Position numbers and translations under genes: made by a program | Source: an uncultured Myxococcales bacterium | GTDB taxonomy: Bacteria; UBA10199; 2-02-FULL-44-16; JAAZCA01 | Reading direction: 5' to 3' | DNA length: 64,000 nt | Assembly: GCA_964480565.1 (NCBI GenBank) | Contig: CAYZSU010000003.1 | Coordinates: forward strand, 1,415-65,414 | Shown: positions 25,461 through 34,942 of the stretch, in pieces | Numbering within the stretch: the first letter of the stretch is position 1 | Layout: each line of letters opens with the position of its first letter | The notes under the pieces: generated by a model | The model's input: the letters and a program-made list of their open reading frames with translations, nothing else | Told to the model about the DNA's origin: nothing | Database searches by the model: none

Positions 25461-27750
25461 TATGAAAATAAAAATAGGAATAATCCTTTTATGTGCATTA
25501 TATTGTTGGCCAGTTATTTCTTTGGCACAATATACGAATTCTCGTGCATCTTCAATGGCACGGGATAAGTCTGAAGTTGAAATGGAAGAAAAAGAGGAAT
25601 TGGTCTATTTAAATGCCAATAATGCACAAATTGAAGATGTCATTAAACAAATCAGTCAGCAGACCGGTAAGAATTTTATCATTGATAAGGATGTTCGTGG
25701 CTCAATTACTATTTTGTCATCCAGGCCAATGACAAAATCAGAAGCCTATCAGGCATTTTTATCCGCATTAGAAGTGGCTGGTTTTACGACTGCGACCGGT
25801 CCTGGTGGTATTATTAAAATTGTAAAAAAAGGCGATGCCAGCAGTTCTAATATCCCAGTTTATGTGGATACGACGCCGGAAACAGATAGTTATATTACGC
25901 GCTTAATTACACTGCAAAATATCCAAGCAAACACCATTGTCCAAGCCATTACTCAAGGAAAATTATTATCAAAAACAGCATCCATGTTTGCTTATCCTGC
26001 TACTAATACGATTATTGTGACTGACTCGGGTACAAATATTGACCGGCTGATGAAAATCATTAAAGAACTGGATCAGGAAGAACCTCAGCAAGTCCTTGAG
26101 ATTATTCCTATTCAATATGCGGATGCCAAGGATGTGGCTAAGACAGTGATGAATATCTTTGAAATTAAGAATACAGCTGCACGAAGTAGTACGCGCACAA
26201 GCCGGCGGCGCACTAGTCGGTCGCGAAATACAACGAGTACACAAGCGGTTGGCAGTGTGCAGGAAGTATCTAAAATTATTGCAGATGAACGTACAAACTC
26301 AGTGATTGTCTATGCAAGTAAGCGCGCGATTAAGCATGTGCGTGCGATGATTGCAAAATTGGATGTGCCATTAAGTATGGGTGAAAGTGGCAATATTCAT
26401 GTGCATCATTTGAAGTATACCAATGCCAAAGAAATGGCACAGACCTTGTCAGCAGTGACTCAAAAAGCATCGGCATCGAGTAAGAAAAAGGGTTCAAAAA
26501 GTGCTCCTGTTGTAGCTAGATTGGGTGAGGGTATTAATATTGGTGCGGATGAAGTGACCAATGCCTTAATTATTACTGCATCTGCAAAAGATTATAAGCG
26601 TTTGGTAGAGGACTTAATTGACAAATTGGATGTGCCCAGGCGACAAGTTTTTCTTGAATCTGTGGTTATGGAACTGCGTGTGGGCGGCGGCTCTCAAACG
26701 GGTATTACGGGCTATGGTGGTATGGGGACAGGATCACTCATGGGGTTTGGATCAATTGGGCATGATGGATTTAGTCCAGCCAACTTCTTTACACCAGGGG
26801 GCATTTTTTCAACGCCTGGCATGCTGGGCGGTTTATTATCTCAAGATGATATTACAATTACAGTGCCCGGTGATGGTGGGTCTAGTCAGGATTTAACAAT
26901 TCCTGCATTTGCTGCATTTTTAAATTTTTTAAGCAGCAATACACAAGCTAATATTCATTCGACGCCAAATATTTTAACATTGGATAATCAAAAAGCGTCT
27001 ATTGAAGTAAATGATACAATATATGCGGAAAAGCGTACGCAATCGGGTACCACAGGTTTTGAGACTATTGAGCCCACGCCATTGGATGCTGGTCTGACAT
27101 TGGAAATTACACCTCAAATTACATATGGCGATGCTGTACGATTGGAAATTCACCAAAAATTATCGAACTTCACATCCGCGCCAAACCCCAGAACCGGTGC
27201 AGCCAATACATCCAAACGTGAAATTCAAACTACAGTCGTCGCAATGGATGGCCAAACAGTGGTATTGGGTGGATTAATGCAGGATTCAGATCGAGTCAAT
27301 CGTAGTAAAATTCCAATTCTAGGGGATATTCCAGTATTGGGTTGGCTATTTAGTCGAAAAGTACGGTCGCATGAAAAATCCAATTTAATTGTATTTATTA
27401 CACCTTATGTCATTCGTACGCCCGCGGATTTTGCAGATATTACAAAGACAAAAATTGAACAGCGAAATGATTTTATTAAAGATAATTTTAGAAAGCGTCA
27501 ACAACGTCAAATTCGAAAAGTGATTGCAAGGCATCGGGCGGATTTACTTGAATTTACTGAGCCTGTGGTGACGCGGCCACATCCTGATGTGCAAAAAAAT
27601 GATAAAGTAATTAAATCAAAAATGCCCAATGAAAGTTCATCACGACAGTCAAAAATAGGATCAAAAAATCCCATATTGAATAAACGTGAGAAAAAAAATA
27701 TTATCACAGTACCGTCGATCGATTCATCGCGCCGTAGTTCAACCAATTAA
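25447..27750 (+). CDS. gspD: Type II secretion system secretin GspD
   Basis: N0 domain NANNAQIEDVIKQISQQTGKNFIIDKDVRGSITI; secretin domain VVLGGLMQD...IPILGDIPVLGWLFSRK...IVFITPYVIR. Confidence 0.9.
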   Translation: MIYDNMKIKIGIILLCALYCWPVISLAQYTNSRASSMARDKSEVEMEEKEELVYLNANNAQIEDVIKQISQQTGKNFIIDKDVRGSITILSSRPMTKSEAYQAFLSALEVAGFTTATGPGGIIKIVKKGDASSSNIPVYVDTTPETDSYITRLITLQNIQANTIVQAITQGKLLSKTASMFAYPATNTIIVTDSGTNIDRLMKIIKELDQEEPQQVLEIIPIQYADAKDVAKTVMNIFEIKNTAARSSTRTSRRRTSRSRNTTSTQAVGSVQEVSKIIADERTNSVIVYASKRAIKHVRAMIAKLDVPLSMGESGNIHVHHLKYTNAKEMAQTLSAVTQKASASSKKKGSKSAPVVARLGEGINIGADEVTNALIITASAKDYKRLVEDLIDKLDVPRRQVFLESVVMELRVGGGSQTGITGYGGMGTGSLMGFGSIGHDGFSPANFFTPGGIFSTPGMLGGLLSQDDITITVPGDGGSSQDLTIPAFAAFLNFLSSNTQANIHSTPNILTLDNQKASIEVNDTIYAEKRTQSGTTGFETIEPTPLDAGLTLEITPQITYGDAVRLEIHQKLSNFTSAPNPRTGAANTSKREIQTTVVAMDGQTVVLGGLMQDSDRVNRSKIPILGDIPVLGWLFSRKVRSHEKSNLIVFITPYVIRTPADFADITKTKIEQRNDFIKDNFRKRQQRQIRKVIARHRADLLEFTEPVVTRPHPDVQKNDKVIKSKMPNESSSRQSKIGSKNPILNKREKKNIITVPSIDSSRRSSTN

Positions 27751-27772
27751 ACTAGGAAAATATTGATATATT

Positions 27773-29470
27773 ATGGAAGAACGCAGCTTAGGTGCTATAT
27801 TACTGGAAACAAGTTCTCTAACTGAAGAGCAGTTAGAACAGGCCTTGTCAGTGCAGCGTGAGCGTGGAGTAAAGCTGGGCGATGCCTTAGTTCAGTTAAA
27901 GTTTTTACGTTCAGAAGATATTTTAAAGGCTTTATCCGTACAGCTAGGTTTTCCATATGAAAACCGAATCGATGTGGATGCTGTTCCTTCGGAGCTAATT
28001 ACACCTTTACCAATTAACTATGCCAAACAGAATGAAGTAATTCCATTGCGCCAAGATGATAATGACATTGTTGTTGCCATTGCAGATCCCACTAATTTTT
28101 ATGCACTGGATGATCTGCGCATGCTGTTTGGCTGTGATGTAAAACCAGTGATTGCAAGTTCATATGAAATCGTGAATGCGATTAATTCAGTATATAATCG
28201 TGCTACTGGGAGCAGTGATGATGCAATGGGTGATTTGGGCGAGGGTGCTGAAATTTCAGATGATTTTAATGAGCCCGTTGATTTATTGGATGCGGATGAT
28301 GAAGCGCCTATTATTCGCTTGGTCAATTCGCTTTTGTTTAGAGCGGTTAAACAAAAAGCCAGTGATATTCATATTGAGCCATTTGAGCGTGAAATTAAGG
28401 TACGTTTTCGAATTAATGGAATACTCTATGATATTATGAATCCGCCAAAGCGTGCACAAAATGCGATTATATCACGTATTAAAATTATGAGTCAGTTAAA
28501 TATCGCAGAAAAGCGCGTGCCACAGGATGGGCGTATTCGTATTAAAATAGCGGGCAAAGATATTGATATTCGTGTGTCTACCATACCAACTGCGCATGGG
28601 GAAAGCGTGGTTATGCGTTTGTTGGATGCAAGTTCTATTTTATTGGATTTGGATTCATTGGGATTTAGTCGGGTTAATTTAGATGGATTTAAAAATCTGC
28701 TATCTCATCATAATGGTATTGTACTGGTGACCGGACCAACAGGTTCTGGTAAAACAACAACTCTATATTCTGCGCTATCAAAATTAAATACAGGTGATAT
28801 AAAAATTATTACTGTGGAAGATCCTGTGGAATATCAATTGCATGGTGTGAATCAAATGCAGGTAAATCCGAAAATTGATTTAACATTTGCATCGGGCTTG
28901 CGTGCTTTTTTACGGCAAGATCCAGATGTGATTTTGGTGGGTGAGATTCGTGATAAAGAAACAGTTGAAATTGCGATTCAAGCATCGCTGACTGGTCACT
29001 TAGTGTTATCGACATTGCATACCAATGACGCACCAAGCTCAATTACCCGTATGATTGAAATGGGTGTTGAGCCTTTCCTTGTTGCATCATCCGTGTTGGG
29101 TATTGTTGCTCAGCGCTTGATTCGATCTGTATGCCGTGAATGTGCGAGGAAATACACACCTGCACCAGATGAATTAAAGCAAATAGGTTTGACACCAGGG
29201 GATTTAAAAGGGCGTCAAATATTTAAGCCTGTTGGCTGTCCGACATGCATGGAAACTGGATATGCAGGTCGTGCAGGTATTCATGAAGTGCTAATGGTGA
29301 CCGATGATGTGCGTACTGAGCTCATGAAGGGGTCAGATGCGATGACAATTAAACGCATTGCAGTGCAAGCAGGAATGAAAACATTGCGCGATGATGCGGC
29401 TGCAAAAGTGCTTCAAGGGAAAACAACAATTTCAGAAGTGCTGCGTGTGACGCAGGAAGATAGCAATTAA
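27773..29470 (+). CDS. gspE: Type II secretion system ATPase GspE
   Basis: Walker A GPTGSGKTTT; Asp/His boxes; C-terminal CxxC...CxxC zinc motif (CRECARK...GCPTCMETGY); N1E domain present. Confidence 0.9.
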   Translation: MEERSLGAILLETSSLTEEQLEQALSVQRERGVKLGDALVQLKFLRSEDILKALSVQLGFPYENRIDVDAVPSELITPLPINYAKQNEVIPLRQDDNDIVVAIADPTNFYALDDLRMLFGCDVKPVIASSYEIVNAINSVYNRATGSSDDAMGDLGEGAEISDDFNEPVDLLDADDEAPIIRLVNSLLFRAVKQKASDIHIEPFEREIKVRFRINGILYDIMNPPKRAQNAIISRIKIMSQLNIAEKRVPQDGRIRIKIAGKDIDIRVSTIPTAHGESVVMRLLDASSILLDLDSLGFSRVNLDGFKNLLSHHNGIVLVTGPTGSGKTTTLYSALSKLNTGDIKIITVEDPVEYQLHGVNQMQVNPKIDLTFASGLRAFLRQDPDVILVGEIRDKETVEIAIQASLTGHLVLSTLHTNDAPSSITRMIEMGVEPFLVASSVLGIVAQRLIRSVCRECARKYTPAPDELKQIGLTPGDLKGRQIFKPVGCPTCMETGYAGRAGIHEVLMVTDDVRTELMKGSDAMTIKRIAVQAGMKTLRDDAAAKVLQGKTTISEVLRVTQEDSN

Positions 29471-29487
29471 AAAGGGATAATACACTT

Positions 29488-30714
29488 ATGCCAATTTATG
29501 AATATGTGGGCATTGATGCAAAAGGGAAGCGAGCGACAGGCACTGTCGATGCTGAAAGTGATCGTAGTGCACGAGTTAAATTGCGTCGAATGAACATCTT
29601 TCCAACTAGTATTGGCCATGAGGGCAATGTAAAGCAACGCATGAGCTTTGATATGCAAGTTGATTTAAGCAAGTATTTGGAGCGTGTGAAGGTAGAAGAT
29701 ATTTCATTGATGACACGTCAATTTGCAACGTTATTGGGTGCGAATATTCCCTTAGTGGATGCAATAACTGCACTGATTGAGCAGATTGAAAATAAAAAAC
29801 TGCAAAAAGCCATGTCACGAGTCCGTGAAAAAGTGTTGGAAGGTGCGAAATTATCGGATTCACTTAAAATAGAACGCAAATTATTTGGCAATATGTATAT
29901 AAACATGATCAATGCAGGGGAGTCCAGTGGGTCGCTGGATGTCGTGATGAGCCGATTAGCAGATTTTATGGAAGCGCAAGCAGACTTGAAAAGCAAAGTC
30001 ACGGGTGCGATGATTTACCCTGTGATTATGAGTGTTGTGGCGACTGTATTATTAACATTGCTTCTTATCTTAGTTGTGCCGAAAATTACGGATATTTTAT
30101 TGTCGCGAGGCAAAGCCTTGCCTGTGCCTACGCAAATACTTATTTTTATCAGTGATACTCTAAAACATTATTGGTATGTTTGTATCGCCGCAATTATAGC
30201 TATAAGCTATAGCTGGCGACGATTTACAGATACAACTACAGGTAAAAAATGGTGGCATAAAAAACAACTTAACATTGCAGGTATTGGTCGATTAATTAAA
30301 ATGATTGCGATTGCTCGGTTTAGTCGAACGCTGTCAACGTTGCTTTCAAGTGGTGTACCACTGCTTAGCGCTATGGGAATTGTGCAAAACATTATGAGTA
30401 ATGTGATCTTGCAAGGTGTGATCGAAAAAACTCGTAATAGTTTGAGGGAAGGGCAAAGTGTTGCAGAACCACTAAAACGCAGTGGCTATTTCCCAGCGCT
30501 TGTGGTTCATATGATTTCTGTGGGCGAGAAAACAGGTGAAATAGAGCAAATGCTAGAGCGGATTGCCGATACATATGACAATGAAGTGAAAAATGCACTA
30601 AGTGCATTTACAAGTATGCTTGAGCCGCTTATGATTGTCGGTATGGCGATTGTTATTGCCTTTATTGTGATGGCGATTTTATTGCCGATGATGGAAATGA
30701 ATAAACCCGCATAA
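29488..30714 (+). CDS. gspF: Type II secretion system inner-membrane platform protein GspF
   Basis: Two T2SSF repeats and three TM segments; typical length and position after gspE. Confidence 0.85.
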   Translation: MPIYEYVGIDAKGKRATGTVDAESDRSARVKLRRMNIFPTSIGHEGNVKQRMSFDMQVDLSKYLERVKVEDISLMTRQFATLLGANIPLVDAITALIEQIENKKLQKAMSRVREKVLEGAKLSDSLKIERKLFGNMYINMINAGESSGSLDVVMSRLADFMEAQADLKSKVTGAMIYPVIMSVVATVLLTLLLILVVPKITDILLSRGKALPVPTQILIFISDTLKHYWYVCIAAIIAISYSWRRFTDTTTGKKWWHKKQLNIAGIGRLIKMIAIARFSRTLSTLLSSGVPLLSAMGIVQNIMSNVILQGVIEKTRNSLREGQSVAEPLKRSGYFPALVVHMISVGEKTGEIEQMLERIADTYDNEVKNALSAFTSMLEPLMIVGMAIVIAFIVMAILLPMMEMNKPA

Positions 30715-30747
30715 ATGGATAATAGAAAAATAGGAGAGAATGACATT

Positions 30748-31194
30748 ATGAAAAAGAGATTACAGATGAATCAAAAAGGTATGACGTTAATTGAAATTCT
30801 TATTGTGTTAGCGATTATTTCATTGATCGGTACTGTGGTCGTGACCAATGTGGTATCGTCTATGGATCAGGCCAATATTGATGCCACGCGTACAAAGATC
30901 AAAAGTTTGGAAAATGCATTGCTCATGTTTAGAAAAGATGCCAAGTTTTTTCCAAGCACTGAGCAGGGACTGGAAGCCTTGGTTGAAAAACCGTCCGGTG
31001 GTCGTGTGCCAAAGCGCTATCAGCGTGGGGGATATGTGAATAGCAAAAACGATATTTTGGATGCATGGGATATGGAATTTACATATTACTCGCCTGGCCA
31101 AAATTGTCCCAAATACGAAATTATTTCAATAGGTCCTGATAATAGTGAGGGCACAGAGGATGATATTAGTTCCTGTGAAGCAAGTGAGGAATAA
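30748..31194 (+). CDS. gspG: Type II secretion major pseudopilin GspG (prepilin leader MKKRLQMNQKG followed by MTLIEIL)
   Basis: Class III signal KG/MTLIE with Glu at +5; RBS ggagag before ATG 30748 (ORF track starts at 30715, overlapping the gspF stop). Confidence 0.8.
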   Translation: MKKRLQMNQKGMTLIEILIVLAIISLIGTVVVTNVVSSMDQANIDATRTKIKSLENALLMFRKDAKFFPSTEQGLEALVEKPSGGRVPKRYQRGGYVNSKNDILDAWDMEFTYYSPGQNCPKYEIISIGPDNSEGTEDDISSCEASEE

Positions 31195-31222
31195 ATAAAC
31201 TGAGAAAAGGATTAGGAGGGTA

Positions 31223-31858
31223 ATGACTCATTACTCTCCTTTTTTTTGTTATATGAAACAATCGGCTGGGTTTACATTGATTGAGATGCTCATTACTGTG
31301 GCGATTATCGCATTAATTGCGACAACGGTTGTGGTAAGCACAGAAGCAATCTTTGATACGGAAATTCGCGATGAATCCAGTAAATTGGCATCAACGATTC
31401 AATATCTTTATGGCCGTGCGGTGCTTGATGGTTCTACTATTCGATTGTCGATTAATATTGATGAAAAAAAATATTGGGCAGATGGTTCAACAGATCCTAT
31501 ATTTATTGAATTTCAAGATGAAGATGATGATGCGAACGACGACGTAGAAGAATTGGATGATGAACTGGATGATCCAGATATAATCAAACCCATAGTGCCA
31601 TCATTTTCTAAGATTACATCTGATATTATTAAATCACATACATTGCCGGATAGTTTGCATGTGCGCGATATATGGGTCGAGCATATGCGTAGTGCTGTGG
31701 AAAAAGGCATTGTGCATATTTATTTTTCTCCAAGTGGTTATGTGGAAAATTCAGTGATTAATTTGGAAGAGGATTCAGGTGTTGTGTATTCATTAAAGGT
31801 AATGCCATTAACAGGGTTTGTTGATATTATGGATGAGTATCGTGGATTTGATGAATGA
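31223..31858 (+). CDS. gspH: Minor pseudopilin GspH-like carrying an acidic insertion
   Basis: Prepilin motif SAGFTLIEMLITVAII; unusual EFQDEDDDANDDVEELDDELDDPD segment. Confidence 0.7.
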   Translation: MTHYSPFFCYMKQSAGFTLIEMLITVAIIALIATTVVVSTEAIFDTEIRDESSKLASTIQYLYGRAVLDGSTIRLSINIDEKKYWADGSTDPIFIEFQDEDDDANDDVEELDDELDDPDIIKPIVPSFSKITSDIIKSHTLPDSLHVRDIWVEHMRSAVEKGIVHIYFSPSGYVENSVINLEEDSGVVYSLKVMPLTGFVDIMDEYRGFDE

Positions 31859-31894
31859 TAAAATTGTTAAAATCTGATGATGAGCGGATAATCA

Positions 31895-32374
31895 ATGCAG
31901 ATTCAAAATAAAATAAATGGATTTTCATTAATAGAAATTTTAGTGGCTATGGCAATCTTAGCTATTTCAACCTTGGCGCTTAGTAATTGGATGGGTAATG
32001 CCTTGACCTCCAGTTCGCGTGCTGAGGACTTGTCTATTGCAACGATGCTTGCGCGGCAAAAAATGACGCAAGTGGAGATCGACTTAATTGAAATGCAGCA
32101 TAAAAAAGAAATTCCAGATGACCGGGTGGAGCAGGGTAATTTTGAAGAACCCTATGAGGATTATACGTGGGAGTTAAGTATTTTGCGGGTGGAGATCCCT
32201 GCGCCTGTAATGGGTGAAGACGGGGGTATTCAAAATATGATTGCTAAGCGCTTAACCAAGGAAATGGAAAAATCATTGCGTGAGGTAAAGCTTGTTGTGA
32301 AATGGGGCGATGATCAGGAATCAGAGGATTCAATTAATCAGATGCAAGTGGTTACGCATATTAATAAATACTAA
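31895..32374 (+). CDS. gspI: Minor pseudopilin GspI-like
   Basis: NGFSLIEILVAMAILAIS prepilin motif; size. Confidence 0.7.
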   Translation: MQIQNKINGFSLIEILVAMAILAISTLALSNWMGNALTSSSRAEDLSIATMLARQKMTQVEIDLIEMQHKKEIPDDRVEQGNFEEPYEDYTWELSILRVEIPAPVMGEDGGIQNMIAKRLTKEMEKSLREVKLVVKWGDDQESEDSINQMQVVTHINKY

Positions 32375-32376
32375 TT

Positions 32377-33063
32377 ATGACTTATAAACAAAGTGGTTTT
32401 ACATTGATTGAAGTCTTAGTGGCCATTGGCATTTTAGCCTTTATGATGTCCATTATTTTTGTTTATCAATCCCAAACCATTGAAAGTGTAGATCGAACAC
32501 AGTCATTTGATTCGATCTATCATATGGGCCGTGTGGCAATGCGTAAGATTGGCGATGATATTCATCATGCGTTTTTAATATCACCCCACTGGATGGGTAA
32601 AGAAAATGCCAAGTATATGCCTAGTTCTGTGGAGACTTTTTTTATTGGCAAGGATGAGGGAGAACATGACAGTATTTCGTTAACGAGTATGTCGCACAAA
32701 CGTTTGTTTCGAAAAAATAGAGAGTCGGATCAATGTAAAATTCATTATGAAGTCATTTCATCAGAGAAATTGGATGGTTTATATACATTGATTCAAAAAA
32801 AACAACCGTGGTTGGATGCTCGCACAGAGGTAGAGGGTCGATCACTCATTTTAATCGATGGTATAAAAGGGTTTAATTTAGAATATTACGATGTGAGGCG
32901 CAGGGATTGGATTGATGAATGGAATAGTGCCTCTGCGGATATGAATGGAAAATTACCATTTGCTGTGCGTATTGCATTGGAGTTTCCAAACCCAGATGAT
33001 GACGATGATAATATAAAAATGGTATCTGCCATACCATTGGCTTTTGCAGTGCAGGAGAAATAA
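32377..33063 (+). CDS. gspJ: Minor pseudopilin GspJ-like
   Basis: QSGFTLIEVLVAIGILAF prepilin motif; size and order. Confidence 0.7.
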   Translation: MTYKQSGFTLIEVLVAIGILAFMMSIIFVYQSQTIESVDRTQSFDSIYHMGRVAMRKIGDDIHHAFLISPHWMGKENAKYMPSSVETFFIGKDEGEHDSISLTSMSHKRLFRKNRESDQCKIHYEVISSEKLDGLYTLIQKKQPWLDARTEVEGRSLILIDGIKGFNLEYYDVRRRDWIDEWNSASADMNGKLPFAVRIALEFPNPDDDDDNIKMVSAIPLAFAVQEK

Positions 33064-34349
33064 TGGGCATATCTTTTGTAAAAAATTCACGAGGTGTTGC
33101 ATTGATGTTAGTAATTGCCTCTATTTTTTTACTGAGCACAATTATTTCTCAATTTGCATTTGATAGTCAGATTCAATTTGATTTAGCTTCTAATGAACGC
33201 GATCGTTTGCAAGCCTATTATTTAGCAAAATCATCATTAAGCTTCATGAAATTAGAGATTAAGTTTGATCGTATGTTTCGTGAAATTGTGCGTAAGCAAG
33301 GATTGCAAAAATTTATCGGCGATCAAGCCAATCAGCCGCTATGTCAATTATTTCCAATATCAACGGGTATGCTGCGTACTGTATTTACTCCCGGTGGGTT
33401 AGCGGGAATGATGGGTACTAATACTGGTGATGGGGATGACCAAGAAACAGCTGTGGATGAAGGCGTTGAGAAGTTACAAAAACAAGTTAGTTTATCTCAG
33501 GAAAAAGATGCAATGGCTTTCCTGGACTTTGAAGGGGATTTTTCAGGTGAATGCGTGGATATTGCAACGCGCATTAACTTAAATTATTTGGCCGTATTAT
33601 CACATAGTGCGGTGCAAGAAGATGAGATTAGTCCATTTAATGCTTATAAAAAATTTATCACCGAATTTTTAGAGAAAAAACAATACAAGCTATTATTTAA
33701 GAAGTCAGGAACAACGCCATCAGAGGTGGTAGATAATATTGGTGATTGGATTGATGGCAATACATCGATTGAGCGCTTGGCTGGCGGCGGCGGTGGTGCA
33801 GAGCGATCGCTGTACGATCAATTAAATGCAGAATATGTGGTTCGTGATGGATTGTTGTTGAGCATGGACGAACTGTATTTAATCGATGGAGTATCGGATA
33901 TTTGGCTGGAGCCACTTCGGAATCAACTAACGATATATGGTACGGGCAAGATCAATATTTGCACAGCCAGTGATGAAATTATTGAAAGTTTAATTATTCG
34001 ATATGTGTCTTCTAATTCGGATCTACCATCTGTGAGGTTGGATGATAAAGAGCAGGTAGATAAGATTATCGAAAAAGTACTGGAAGCATGTGCGGATGGG
34101 TTGGATAAAGGTTTAGGCCAACGCGCTGAAACTAATTTGATGGATGCTATTGGCGCCAATAAACAGCAAATTACTGCAAAATCGAGCAAAAAAGAATCGT
34201 TTGCATCCTATATTACGCATGAAAGTCAGCTCTTTGGGTTAACATTGATTGGTGAGGTGGGTGATATTCAAGTGCGCATTGAAGTTGTATTGGATGTCAG
34301 TGATAAAAAGCCTGAAAAATGGCGGGCTATTTATTGGAAGGTATTTTGA
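33063..34349 (+). CDS. gspK: Minor pseudopilin GspK-like
   Basis: N-terminal RGVALMLVIASIFLLSTII typical of GspK; size and order; start overlaps the gspJ stop. Confidence 0.7.
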   Translation: MGISFVKNSRGVALMLVIASIFLLSTIISQFAFDSQIQFDLASNERDRLQAYYLAKSSLSFMKLEIKFDRMFREIVRKQGLQKFIGDQANQPLCQLFPISTGMLRTVFTPGGLAGMMGTNTGDGDDQETAVDEGVEKLQKQVSLSQEKDAMAFLDFEGDFSGECVDIATRINLNYLAVLSHSAVQEDEISPFNAYKKFITEFLEKKQYKLLFKKSGTTPSEVVDNIGDWIDGNTSIERLAGGGGGAERSLYDQLNAEYVVRDGLLLSMDELYLIDGVSDIWLEPLRNQLTIYGTGKINICTASDEIIESLIIRYVSSNSDLPSVRLDDKEQVDKIIEKVLEACADGLDKGLGQRAETNLMDAIGANKQQITAKSSKKESFASYITHESQLFGLTLIGEVGDIQVRIEVVLDVSDKKPEKWRAIYWKVF

Positions 34350-34368
34350 TGATATAGGGGGTGTGGAG

Positions 34369-34779
34369 TTAATGTTTGGATTCACAACATCTCTTGTATT
34401 TTTTTCCGCTACCACATGGGCAAGGTGCATTGCGACTGATATATTGATGTTTTTGAATATTTTCATCGCTTATGAGTTCTAATTTTTTCGATGGTTGTTT
34501 TTGCGCCACTTTTATCTCTGCAAGCTGAATACATTGTGGGGCGACATTCCAATGCCCGCCATCTTCAGTAATAACTGTGACAGTTTTTTTATTAAAGCGA
34601 GTTAAGGTTCCTGTTTGAATTGTTTTTCCTGCAGGAGAAAATGTGACTTTGTCTCCGATTTTAAATTTGATCATTTCTTTGTGTGCATATACCTGTTGCA
34701 TTAACCGTAATCGGTGTACTATTTTATGGTTTAGCTCGATAAGTTCTGCTTCTGATAAATTTTCTATATTAATTGCCAC
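34369..34779 (-). CDS. SEC-C motif (SecA C-terminal metal-binding motif) domain protein (136 aa)
   Basis: C-terminal NAPCPCGSGKKYKRCC is a SEC-C zinc-binding motif; N-terminal domain unknown. Confidence 0.7.
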   Translation of the reverse strand: MAINIENLSEAELIELNHKIVHRLRLMQQVYAHKEMIKFKIGDKVTFSPAGKTIQTGTLTRFNKKTVTVITEDGGHWNVAPQCIQLAEIKVAQKQPSKKLELISDENIQKHQYISRNAPCPCGSGKKYKRCCESKH

Positions 34780-34942
34780 TATAGTAATCCTTTTGTTTTT
34801 TTAAATAATTTTCCAGAATATTTATTTCATATGAGATTTCAATATGATTTTCTATATGAGACTGTATGTCAAGATGATCTGTTTTGGGACTGTTCTGTAT
34901 TCATCATTTACGATTGGGATGCATTATGATAAATGCCAATAA

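Noticed and set aside
24447-34349. Interpreting the cluster as a type IV pilus system rather than a T2SS
   Set aside because: A GspC-like TM/PDZ protein, a GspK-like large minor pseudopilin and a four-minor-pseudopilin set are all present. PilT, PilM/N/O/P and PilC-type adhesin genes are absent. The order D-E-F-G-H-I-J-K fits T2SS.
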